This document shows positions 18,524-27,199 of a DNA stretch of 34,157 nt, piece by piece (position 1 is the stretch's first letter; every line of letters starts with the position of its first letter). Position numbers and translations under genes: made by a program. The DNA lies in the NCBI GenBank assembly GCA_023132435.1, contig JAGLYF010000052.1, positions 1 through 34,157 on the forward strand, written 5' to 3'. The notes beneath the pieces were generated by a model. That model saw only the letters and a list, made by a program, of their open reading frames with translations, ran no database searches and was not told where the DNA came from. This DNA comes from Calditrichia bacterium (GTDB lineage: Bacteria > Calditrichota > Calditrichia > JAJRVZ01).

Positions 18524-19081
18524 ATGCATTGGTTCGTATATTTTGTTAGTTTATTCTTATTAATTGGATTCTCATATCTGGTTTTCCGCATAATTGTGCG
18601 TAGAGATTATAAATTCAGGAAAAAGACAACCTGGATTTCAGTCTTTCTGGAGACATTTGTATTTGCCTTGCATGTAAATCTTGCCTATCTGTTTATCCCG
18701 GCAAAATGGCCGGCACTTCCCTCTCTGCCGACTAACAAGCTGATCCTGTTCATAGGATTGCTTCTTTTTATAATCGGATTATTAATAACGTTGATCGGTA
18801 TGGCCAGCCTCGGTCTAAAAACAATATTTGGCTGGGGTGCGGATAGGGTTAAGCACTCAGGTATCTATCGTCTATCACGAAATCCTCAGATTCTCGCCTA
18901 TGGTTTAGCACTTATAGGCATTGCTGTCTTATGGCCATCCTGGTATGCTGTTGGCTGGTTACTCTCATATGGTGTTATCGCTCATATGATGGTTTTGACC
19001 GAAGAGGAGTATTTAAGTCAACTGCATGGGAATACCTATAAAAAATATTGTACAGAAGTGCCCCGTTATCTTATCAGATAA
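18524..19081 (+). CDS. ICMT/PEMT-family membrane methyltransferase
   Basis: Multi-TM protein. The C-terminal region GIYRLSRNPQILAYGL...EEEYLSQLHGNTYKKYCTEVPRYL matches the isoprenylcysteine carboxyl methyltransferase signature. Confidence 0.7.
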   Translation: MHWFVYFVSLFLLIGFSYLVFRIIVRRDYKFRKKTTWISVFLETFVFALHVNLAYLFIPAKWPALPSLPTNKLILFIGLLLFIIGLLITLIGMASLGLKTIFGWGADRVKHSGIYRLSRNPQILAYGLALIGIAVLWPSWYAVGWLLSYGVIAHMMVLTEEEYLSQLHGNTYKKYCTEVPRYLIR

Positions 19082-19344
19082 AAATTTTATAGCGGTTGAA
19101 TGAAAGGAGTAGATGGTCAGAACGAAGCGGAGATCCCGTTACTCGGGAATGCTCGATACTGGATAAACGATTAAAGATTTAAGATACGAAAAAATCGGTT
19201 TTCCCTCGTTCCGATGCTCTGCGTCGGAACGAAACATGAGAAAGTCTTAAAAATGAGAGTGATATTGTTAATTTTCAATTTAATACTTAGTTTGAAAATC
19301 CAATTGATCATAAAATATTTAATATAAAAGATAATTGTTTATTA

Positions 19345-19836
19345 ATGGATACAATCAGCATAATTCTATTTATTCTCGCAGCTATTAGTCTAATAGCAGG
19401 GCTGGCCGGGCTTGTACTTCCTCTGCTCCCCGGACCATTGCTAATATTTATCGGACTTTTTCTCGCTACCTGGGCAGAAGATTTTGTCTATGTAAGTTGG
19501 ATAACTCTATTGATTTTAGCCCTTTTAATGTTAGTCGCTCACACTGTGGATTTTTTATCCGGTGTTCTTGGGGCTAAACGGTTTGGAGCCAGTCGGGGAG
19601 CCATAATTGGAGCGATTATCGGTGCATTTATAGGTATATTTTTTGGTATCATCGGTATTATTATCGGGCCCTTTATAGGAGCGGTTATCGGACAACTTAC
19701 CGAACGTAATGACCTTCAATCTGCCGGTCGTGTTGGTATTGGCACCTGGATCGGGTTCGTATTCGGTATGGCTGCAAAAATCGCCATCGGGTTATCCATG
19801 ATAGGTATCTATGTACTTGTACGATTTCTCTTTTGA
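19345..19836 (+). CDS. DUF456-family membrane protein
   Basis: LPLLPGP, GAKRFGASRGA and a Gly-rich IIGxxIGxxxG helix are characteristic of DUF456 (YqgC-like). Confidence 0.5.
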   Translation: MDTISIILFILAAISLIAGLAGLVLPLLPGPLLIFIGLFLATWAEDFVYVSWITLLILALLMLVAHTVDFLSGVLGAKRFGASRGAIIGAIIGAFIGIFFGIIGIIIGPFIGAVIGQLTERNDLQSAGRVGIGTWIGFVFGMAAKIAIGLSMIGIYVLVRFLF

Positions 19837-19931
19837 ATATATACCTCTGTACGGAGTATAAACTAATAATGGAATTCGATTAATAACTCAGGCATTTTTC
19901 AAGGTTAATTAATTATACAATAGTTTTGTTC

Positions 19932-20040
19932 TAAACGCAGAGAACGCTGAGTTCGCAGAGATTATTTAATTAAACTATATGAAATGTTTATTTAGTTATG
20001 GCGCATAAATCCTCTGCGTTCTTTACGCTCTCTGCGTTTA
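19932..20040. repeat. palindromic intergenic element (TIR TAAACGCAGAGA / TCTCTGCGTTTA) with doubled CGCAGAG sub-motif
   Basis: The left arm carries CGCAGAG twice and the right arm carries CTCTGCG twice. The 12-bp termini are perfect. Confidence 0.55.
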
Positions 20041-20130
20041 ATTTTATCATGTAACGTCTAATTTTCTATACATAGAAGATCCCTGAATACCCGGGATGAA
20101 TAAATCAGGATAATTAACAAGGAGGAAATT

Positions 20131-21000
20131 ATGGATGTGAAGCTCATTATCGCCATAGCTTTTGTTATTCTTATATTCCTGTTTGGGATAAGAATTATTC
20201 GTCCCACACAACGGGGTTTGATTGAAAGAATGGGAAAATACCGCAAATTCGCCCAACCGGGATTTCACTGGATCATACCGATTATCGATCAGCTGTACAA
20301 AATAAACATCACAGAAATAATGATTGATGCCCAGCCGCAGGAGATTATTACAAATGACAATCTAAACGCTTCTGTCGATGCTCAGGTTTATTTTAAAATA
20401 AAAGATGATGAAGAAAATGTGAAAAAATCGCAATACAACGTTAATAATGTCCAACGACAAATAGTCCATCTGGCCCGGACTACTCTCAGAAATATTATCG
20501 GCACACTTACGCTGAAATCTGCAAACAGTGAACGAGGCAAGATTAATTCCGAATTACATGCGGTTTTAATCAAAGAAACTTCAACTTGGGGTATTGATGT
20601 CGTGAGAACGGAACTAAAACAAATCGATCCACCACAAGATGTTCAGGAAACGATGAACAAAATTGTAAAGGCAGAAAACGAAAAATTAGCTGCCGTGGAT
20701 TATGCTACCGCTGCGGAGACTGCGGCCGATGGAGAGAAGAGAGCATCAATAAAGCAGGCAGAAGGTGTAAAACGATCTCAAATTTTAAAAGCAGAGGGTG
20801 AAGCGGAGGCGATTAAATTGGTAAATGAGGCAGCCAATAAATACTTTATCGGAAATGCGCAGTTGCTAAAAAAACTTGAAACTGTTGTAAGTTCACTTCA
20901 GAAAAATACAAAAATCGTTATCCCTGAAAATACAGAATTGGTAAATGTTATCGGTGACCTTTCCGGTGTATTACCTTTGAGGAGGGATAAAGAACAATAA
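20131..21000 (+). CDS. SPFH/band-7 (stomatin/YqiK-like) domain protein
   Basis: AAGGAGG RBS and an N-terminal TM. The SPFH core runs IRPTQRGLIERMGKY...GFHWIIPIID, followed by a C-terminal Ala/Glu-rich coiled coil. Confidence 0.85.
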   Translation: MDVKLIIAIAFVILIFLFGIRIIRPTQRGLIERMGKYRKFAQPGFHWIIPIIDQLYKINITEIMIDAQPQEIITNDNLNASVDAQVYFKIKDDEENVKKSQYNVNNVQRQIVHLARTTLRNIIGTLTLKSANSERGKINSELHAVLIKETSTWGIDVVRTELKQIDPPQDVQETMNKIVKAENEKLAAVDYATAAETAADGEKRASIKQAEGVKRSQILKAEGEAEAIKLVNEAANKYFIGNAQLLKKLETVVSSLQKNTKIVIPENTELVNVIGDLSGVLPLRRDKEQ

Positions 21001-21065
21001 TTCGTATTCACGCCATCGCCAAAAGTTAAAATGTCATAAACATTTATATTTGGAGAAACCGATAC

Positions 21066-21662
21066 ATGTTAATTTTTGAAATTATCGGCATAATTGTAGC
21101 TGGTTTTTTTGCCTTCATCGTTATCCTATTAATTATTTATGCTTATTTTGTTAAGAAATCAAAGCCATATGTGGCGCCGGGTAATATGCCCGTGCTTCGG
21201 CCAATTCCCATTCCCACAAGAAACAGGCCAGTGCTGATGAGAATATTGGTCTGGTTTTTCGAGGTAAGAAGATGGGAATTAGTGGATAGCTGGTATTTTA
21301 AGCTAGATAATGCAGTTCAGATTGTAATAAACAGAGGTTTCATTTTTGATGGTGCTTCAATTCCCCGACCACTGTGGGCATTGTTAAGTCCTGTAGGTTT
21401 GCTTTTAATACCTGGTCTTATTCATGATTATGGATATAAGTACGATCTTCTCTGGCAAGTAAAAGAAGACGGTACCATTGCCACTTATTTGGAAAAATCA
21501 GGTCGGAAACATTGGGATGATCTTTTCCGTTCTGTTGGAAAACAGGTAAATGGTTTTTCTTTTATTGATACACTGGCCTGGTCAGGTCTACGATTGGGTG
21601 GTTGTTTCGCCTGGAATAAACATCGTAAAAAGGATGAGGAACCAGACAAACCAGTAATTTAA
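21066..21662 (+). CDS. membrane-anchored DUF1353-family protein
   Basis: An N-terminal TM is present. FIFDGASIPRPLW...LIHDYGYKYD resembles the DUF1353 signature (DGASIP...HDxxY). RBS GGAGAAA. Confidence 0.45.
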   Translation: MLIFEIIGIIVAGFFAFIVILLIIYAYFVKKSKPYVAPGNMPVLRPIPIPTRNRPVLMRILVWFFEVRRWELVDSWYFKLDNAVQIVINRGFIFDGASIPRPLWALLSPVGLLLIPGLIHDYGYKYDLLWQVKEDGTIATYLEKSGRKHWDDLFRSVGKQVNGFSFIDTLAWSGLRLGGCFAWNKHRKKDEEPDKPVI

Positions 21663-21961
21663 TGTTGGTATTTTAGTCATACATAAAGGGAGGGTAGAAA
21701 GGATGGAGATAAAAGTAAGACCTGCCCAGAAAGATGGACATCCAGCCTGGGTTTTAAAGATATTCGTATTAGGAGTAATATCATTAGGCAGGAAGCTCAT
21801 GATTTCTTCCAAAAAAGAGGATTCCAAAATATAAAAACTCAGGAAGTATTTTTAAAACACATCCCAGATATCTAATTCGGTATATATTTCAAGCAATGTT
21901 CTATCTTTATACATTACGAGGACACGAAGAATAAATAAAATATTTTCTCGCAGCGACGCAA

Positions 21962-22741
21962 ATGAAAGAATATATCGCACATAATCAACATGCCTGGAAC
22001 CAAGAAGTCGCAAAAGGTAACCAATGGACCATTCCGGTTTCTTCCGAGATAATTGCCCGGGCACGACGAGGAAAGTGGCAGGTACTGCTTACACCATGGA
22101 AGCCGGTTCCCTCGGAATGGTTTCCAACTCTAAAATCTCTTGATATCCTGTGTTTAGCATCCGCAGGAGGACAGCAGGCACCAATTTTTGCCGCTGCCGG
22201 AGCCAATGTCGTTGTTTACGATATTTCACCAGAACAGCTGAAACAGGACCAAAAGGTTGCCCGACGAGAAAATCTGGATATACAAACGATTGTCGGTGAT
22301 ATGTCTGATCTATCCATATTTCCGGAGAAACAATTTGATCTAATATTCCATCCTGTCTCAAACTGTTTTGTTTCTGATGTAAATCCTGTCTGGCGTGAAT
22401 CATATCGCGTATTAAAATCGGGTGGTGTCTTGCTATCGGGGTTCACAAATCCGATCCTTTATCTTTTTGATGAATCTGATCCTAATATCCCACTTAATTT
22501 AAATATAACCAACAAAATTCCTTATTCTGATCTGGACTCATTGACTCCCAGACAAAAGGAATATTATATCAGCCAAGGCTTACCTTTTGAGTTCGGTCAT
22601 GCGCTCGAGGATCAGATCGGTGGGCAAATTAATGCAGGTTTTATTATCGACGGATTTTACGAAGATAAACATAATCCCAAGGACCATCCTATTTATAAAT
22701 ATATATCTACTTTCATTGCGACCCGGGGAAGAAAGAATTAA
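21962..22741 (+). CDS. class I SAM-dependent methyltransferase
   Basis: Motif I-like ILCLASAGGQQAPIFAAAGANVVVYDIS, then DLIFHPVSNCF and LKSGGVLLSG (motifs II and III). Confidence 0.55.
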   Translation: MKEYIAHNQHAWNQEVAKGNQWTIPVSSEIIARARRGKWQVLLTPWKPVPSEWFPTLKSLDILCLASAGGQQAPIFAAAGANVVVYDISPEQLKQDQKVARRENLDIQTIVGDMSDLSIFPEKQFDLIFHPVSNCFVSDVNPVWRESYRVLKSGGVLLSGFTNPILYLFDESDPNIPLNLNITNKIPYSDLDSLTPRQKEYYISQGLPFEFGHALEDQIGGQINAGFIIDGFYEDKHNPKDHPIYKYISTFIATRGRKN

Positions 22742-22853
22742 ATCCCTTTATTTTTTATTCAGATAAATCAGACCAGTAGTTGTGTTAAGTGTATAAAAGA
22801 TTGGTAGCAAGTTGTTGATGCGTGTATTCTGTAACTGCTGCATTTAAGTTTAG

Positions 22854-23346
22854 GAAGAATTATGGCCAAAGATATTACGAAGATGCCATTTTGTGGTTGT
22901 CTCCGACCCTGCAATCAAACAACAAATCCATCAGTCTGCTGAAAATGTGGAACGGGAATTTTATAGCAGTGAATCAACCAGAAAGTGGGTTGAAGGTCTT
23001 GAACATCTTGGAACAAATAACCAAAAACCGTTTTTACTCACGGCCCCCTACCTTATTATCATCTTTGCCCAACGTCATGGATTAAAACCCTCCGGTGAAC
23101 AGAGAAAGCACTATTATGTCAGTGAGTCGCTGAGTATCGCCACCGGGATGCTTATCACAGCCATCCATCATGCCGGTCTGATATCATTAACATATACACC
23201 GGGCAAAATGGGATTTTAAATAAAATTCTCTCAAGACCAAAGAATGAAAAACCCTATATGATCCTGGTCGTCGGATACCCGGAAGAAAAGATCCTGGTGC
23301 CGGATATTGACAAAAAATCACTACAAGAAATTGCTACTTTTATTTG
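22854..23346 (+). pseudogene. nitroreductase-family gene, 5'-truncated and frameshifted
   Basis: The middle part (frame of 22893..23219: FVVVSDPAIKQQ...APYLIIIFA...[16 protein letters not shown]) and the C-terminal part (a different frame, 23210-23346: ...[18 protein letters not shown]) both match the nitroreductase fold. The frames switch near an A-run at about 23205. No N-terminal FMN-binding segment was found. Confidence 0.5.
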
Positions 23347-23600
23347 AATAATTTAGTAAAATTTTGCCAGCGGTAATCGGCAATATCATTCTTTGCCAAA
23401 TCAATAAAATCGTTAAAATTTTCTTCAACCAGTAATCTTTCTATCTCCACATTTTTAGGTATTTGAATCTGATAACGAAATCCATTGACAGGATGGTTAT
23501 TCAGAAAAGCGGCGATATTGATAAGATTGTCCTGATGATGAATACGAATTTCATAATTATTCTCTTGGTGCTTAAACGGTATTTTTTTAAATAATTCCAT
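23340..23600 (-). CDS. hypothetical small protein (downstream member of a two-gene minus-strand pair)
   Basis: 86-aa ORF with a GGAAAAAAT-ATG context. No family recognised. Confidence 0.35.
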   Translation of the reverse strand: MELFKKIPFKHQENNYEIRIHHQDNLINIAAFLNNHPVNGFRYQIQIPKNVEIERLLVEENFNDFIDLAKNDIADYRWQNFTKLFK

Positions 23601-23650
23601 ATTTTTTCCCTTTTCTTATATAAATTTATGGATTTAAAAACTGTAAAAAT

Positions 23651-23860
23651 TCATTTGTTTTTAAGATTTTCAACCGCCACCTGTGCCTCTTTTAGTTGAT
23701 CAGAAAACCAATTGGTAAAATCAGCGTTAAAGTCTACCTTGAAACCTCTGAATCGTGCTTTTTTCTGTATATCCTTGTATGATGAGTATAATTCCTCCGA
23801 TAGATAAAATGTAACTTTCATATTTTTGCGATCAATCGATCTGATTGGTTTCAGTTCCAT
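23651..23860 (-). CDS. hypothetical small protein (upstream member of the pair)
   Basis: 69-aa ORF with a basic N-terminus. It lies 50 bp upstream of 23340..23600 on the same strand. Confidence 0.35.
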   Translation of the reverse strand: MELKPIRSIDRKNMKVTFYLSEELYSSYKDIQKKARFRGFKVDFNADFTNWFSDQLKEAQVAVENLKNK

Positions 23861-24116
23861 TTTCCATCTCTTTATTAAATATTCATATTCATAGATTAAT
23901 AATAGATATTATATCTATTTTTTATGGATATTAACATTATATTTGTGGATTGTCAAGGATTCTTCATAATTTTGGTTATCAAAACAAAATTTTTTTATAC
24001 ATGAAATAAAATTAGATTATGTTTATCTTCCGACTATTAAAATTTAGATATCTTGAACATCGTAACCGGACAAAAGTACCGGGTATAAAAGAAACAATAA
24101 CAGGATTCTGACTATA

Positions 24117-24740
24117 ATGGCAATTGAAAGGCTCAATTCAGATACCTATAAAGCTGCCCTTTCTCACCTGGCAGATATTGATACAGATCTTGAAGCCGTT
24201 TTAAACGAATTTGGTGCACCACCAATGTGGTCCCGTGACCCGGGATTTCCCACATTGATCTATATTGTACTTGAGCAACAGGTTTCCCTTGCTTCAGCAA
24301 AAGCTGCCTTTGAGCAGTTAAAAAAATCTGTACCTGAACTTTCACCTTCTAATTTTCGTAAACTTGACGATAGGATCCTCAGGAAGATCGGCTTCAGCCG
24401 TCAAAAAACAGAGTATTGCCGAAATATTGCTATCGCCATTGAGGAGAGGACATTACCCATAGACGAGTTTGCGCATATGCCCGATAACAGAATTCGATCG
24501 GAGTTACAAAAAATTAAAGGTATTGGGCTCTGGACGGCAGATATTTATCTTTTGATGGCCTTAAACCGCCCGGATATTTGGCCGGTTGGAGATTTAGCTC
24601 TGATTTCTGCAATCCAGAAGGTGAAAAATCTCCCCGAACGTCCAACTGCAGAAGAATTTAAAATGCTTGGGGATCCATGGAAACCATGGCGGGCAGTCGC
24701 AGCCAGAATACTTTGGCATCATTATCGACAATCAGGATAG
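24117..24740 (+). CDS. HhH-GPD DNA glycosylase (AlkA-like, DNA-3-methyladenine glycosylase II family)
   Basis: IKGIGLWTADIYLLMALNRPDIWPVGDLAL is a helix-hairpin-helix plus Gly/Pro loop with a catalytic Asp. Confidence 0.8.
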   Translation: MAIERLNSDTYKAALSHLADIDTDLEAVLNEFGAPPMWSRDPGFPTLIYIVLEQQVSLASAKAAFEQLKKSVPELSPSNFRKLDDRILRKIGFSRQKTEYCRNIAIAIEERTLPIDEFAHMPDNRIRSELQKIKGIGLWTADIYLLMALNRPDIWPVGDLALISAIQKVKNLPERPTAEEFKMLGDPWKPWRAVAARILWHHYRQSG

Positions 24741-24987
24741 TTTAAAAATATCGAGGGGCTTATCATTTTTAATCCTTGAACGGGATGATCTTCGGGTAAT
24801 TGGTCATACGGGTGGGCAAAAAGGATTTATCTCTTTCTTTTATATTCACCAAGAATCCAAATCCGGTGCCGTTGCTGTATTTAATACCCTGGATCTTTCC
24901 ACACCCGGAATATCAAATACCCGAAAATTATCTGCCCAAATCCGGGATCTTCTTTTTGAGAAAGTGTGGTCATTATTCTTAGACTGA
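24741..24987 (+). pseudogene. C-terminal fragment of a beta-lactamase/PBP-family serine hydrolase
   Basis: VIGHTGGQKGFISFFYIHQESKSGAVAVFN matches the C-terminal hGHTGG..Gf..........vvvl.N block of class C beta-lactamase-like proteins. The upstream two-thirds of the gene are absent. Confidence 0.4.
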
Positions 24988-25042
24988 AACTGTATTTCTA
25001 CCTCCTATTCAGGTTGAATTTTATCAGGAAAGAGTCAATCTT

Positions 25043-25387
25043 ATGATATGTCCGAACTGTAAATCTGAATTTGTAGAAGGTGTTTACACATGTTCCGATT
25101 GTGGTATACCGCTTGTAGATTACCTTCCCGCCGTTGACCACGAAATGGATAATCCTCTACAGGATGTTAATTTTGTTGCTGTTTACAATCCCATAAACAG
25201 CCAGGAAGTTTCTATCATCAAAATGATTCTGGAGCGCGAGGAGATACCCTTCCACATAAAAAATGACAGGTTGCATGGTGCCATATTATTTTCGATCCAG
25301 GGATCCGGTAAAATGGAACTATTTGTCCCCGAGGACTATGCACAGCGAACCCTCGATCTTCTCAGGGAAGAACTTGATCATAAATGA
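25043..25387 (+). CDS. zinc-ribbon + DUF2007-like small protein
   Basis: An N-terminal CPNC...CSDC zinc ribbon is followed by FVAVYNPINSQEVSIIKMILEREEIPFHIKND (a DUF2007/putative signal-transducing fold). Confidence 0.45.
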   Translation: MICPNCKSEFVEGVYTCSDCGIPLVDYLPAVDHEMDNPLQDVNFVAVYNPINSQEVSIIKMILEREEIPFHIKNDRLHGAILFSIQGSGKMELFVPEDYAQRTLDLLREELDHK

Positions 25388-25460
25388 AGTCTAACCGCAG
25401 AGACGAAAAGGGCTAAATAACAAATGCGTCTTTGCGGTTAAGTAAAAAGGAGAAGTATTA

Positions 25461-26051
25461 TTGAAAAGAATTAGTGTTTTTTGTGGATCAAGTCCCGGAA
25501 TAGATAAAGAGTACACCATCGTTGCAAAAGAACTAGGGCAGGCTCTTGTAAATAATGGATTAGGTCTCGTCTTTGGTGGAGGCGCGGTCGGCCTGATGGG
25601 TGTAATTGCCCGTAGTGTTATGGAAAAAGGTGGTGAAGTTGTTGGAGTGATTCCCGAAGCAATGGTAAAAAAAGAGCTAGCTCTTAAAGAGTTGACGGAT
25701 CTACGCATTGTTGGATCCATGCATGAGCGCAAAGCACTAATCGCCGAACTTTCCGATGGTTTTATCGCTATGCCAGGAGGTCTGGGAACTATCGAAGAAA
25801 TATTTGAGGCACTCACCTGGTCCCAATTAGGCATTCATAATAAACCCTGTGGATTTCTTAATGCTCGTAATTATTTCCATCAGTTAATAAAATTTTTAGA
25901 TCATATGTCTGACCAGCATTTTGTTAATGAAAAACACCGGTCAATGATTATGGTTGAAAATGATCCAGAGACACTCCTGGCAAAATTTAAATCATACCAA
26001 CATCCGGATGTGGATAAATCTGCCTGGGCACTTAATATGTTAAATACTTAA
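25461..26051 (+). CDS. LOG-family (TIGR00730) cytokinin riboside 5'-monophosphate phosphoribohydrolase-like protein
   Basis: TTG start with AAGGAG 9 nt upstream. Motifs are ISVFCGSS, GGGAVGLMG and PGGLGTIEEIFE, which is the PGGxGTxxE signature. Confidence 0.9.
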   Translation: MKRISVFCGSSPGIDKEYTIVAKELGQALVNNGLGLVFGGGAVGLMGVIARSVMEKGGEVVGVIPEAMVKKELALKELTDLRIVGSMHERKALIAELSDGFIAMPGGLGTIEEIFEALTWSQLGIHNKPCGFLNARNYFHQLIKFLDHMSDQHFVNEKHRSMIMVENDPETLLAKFKSYQHPDVDKSAWALNMLNT

Positions 26052-26355
26052 CCGCGAAGATCACGCCAGCGGGCGGATTCGCACGCCGGTAGGCGCATTT
26101 CCAACCTACCGGCGAACGCAAAGATTAAAAAGATAAAAATCCAAATCTCAAATACCAAATGACAAATAAATTCCAATTTCAAATTACCGAAATGATTTTA
26201 ATAAACTATCATACAATTTTTTCATTGATATTTGATAATTATTTGGGATTTTTTTGAATGTTTATTCGATTACCGTGTATCATTATATACTTTTTTTTCT
26301 TATGGCAAGTAACTCAATCATATGACATTATATAAGTACAGTTCTAGATAAGATC

Positions 26356-26583
26356 ATGAAAACAGATATAACCGTTGTTTTTGAAGGGAAATTATTAGAT
26401 GCCAATTATATTAAAAGTATTCTGGAAGAAAATGGCATTTCTTCCCTTTCAAAAGATAATTTGAAAGGGCAATTATACCCGCTATATGTAACCTATGGGT
26501 GGATTAAGCCAGTAAAGGTTTTTGTTGAAAAAAAGAATGAAAAAAAAGCGAAAGAGATCATTGATGCATTTTTCAAAGAGTGA
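26356..26583 (+). CDS. DUF2007-like small protein
   Basis: VVFEGKLLDANYIKSILEENGISS... follows the DUF2007 pattern and is a paralog-type of the C-terminal half of 25043..25387. Confidence 0.4.
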   Translation: MKTDITVVFEGKLLDANYIKSILEENGISSLSKDNLKGQLYPLYVTYGWIKPVKVFVEKKNEKKAKEIIDAFFKE

Positions 26584-26921
26584 ATGGTTTTAAGATATTA
26601 TTCAGCAAAAACTATCAGTACCTGACCAGTTACAAAGGTCTTGCTTTTTATACCAAAACATCTCAGCAAATTGAATTCCCAAACAGAACAGAACTGATAT
26701 ATGCCCAAAAAATCTGGATTCCTGGTTGATGGATTTTATTAATTTACCACCGAATCACACGGATAAGGACACGGATTATTTTAAAATTATGAAAAACTCT
26801 CCCTCCTGAATATCATTTTCTTTACATCAATAATAATCTAAAGAATAGCCTCAAAATTGCGATAATAATATTCATATTTGTTATATTTTTAATAAGTTAT
26901 TTAGTATCAGCATTAAAAGTA

Positions 26922-27040
26922 GAATTCAGAACTCGGAATTAGGAACTGGGAATTGCAGCTCGCATCTCGTAATTTGCAAGGAACGTCAAGAAACGATTAT
27001 CAAGAATCGAGTAGGAAGCAGCGAGAAACGAGTAATGAGG
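26922..27040. repeat. intergenic dispersed repeat (GAATTCNGAACTCGGAATT... family), copy in + orientation
   Basis: About 55 bp near-identical to the reverse complement of 33176-33233. Rich in CTCG and GAATT sub-motifs. Confidence 0.5.
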
Positions 27041-27199
27041 AAAAAATTATTGTTGCCTAGAAAAGGTGAATTACTCAGAATATATATCGGTCAGAGTGAT
27101 ACCTATCAGGGAATTCCGCTTTATGAGTGGATTGTCAAAAAGGCACATGAAAGAGGATTAGCGGGATGCCTGACGAATTCTTTGTGTCTTTGCGGTTAA
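27035..27199 (+). pseudogene. 5' fragment (54 aa) of a DUF190 (CrcB-associated, COG1993) gene
   Basis: MRKKLLLPRKGELLRIYIGQSDTYQGIPLYEWIVKKAHERGLAGC matches the DUF190 N-terminus (LRIY.GE.D...GKPLYEAIV..A.E.GLAGATV). The ORF stops after 54 codons, where roughly 100 are expected. Its stop overlaps the convergent stop of 27196..28434. It is below the 60-aa cut-off of the ORF track. Confidence 0.45.

Noticed and set aside
19100-19260. Possible tRNA or ncRNA in the gap after the ICMT gene
   Set aside because: Only short hairpins are present (CGTTCCGA/TCGGAACG). There is no T-loop-like GTTCRANYC box and no cloverleaf-compatible arrangement that I can see. This remains unverified without covariance-model tools.
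22822-23085. 87-aa ORF in the nitroreductase region
   Set aside because: It is in an alternative frame to the nitroreductase-homologous frame and has no recognisable similarity. It is a by-product of the pseudogene region.
25391-25834. 147-aa minus-strand ORF antisense to the LOG gene
   Set aside because: The LOG gene has unmistakable family motifs on the plus strand. The antisense ORF is a Pro/Ser-rich low-complexity read-through.
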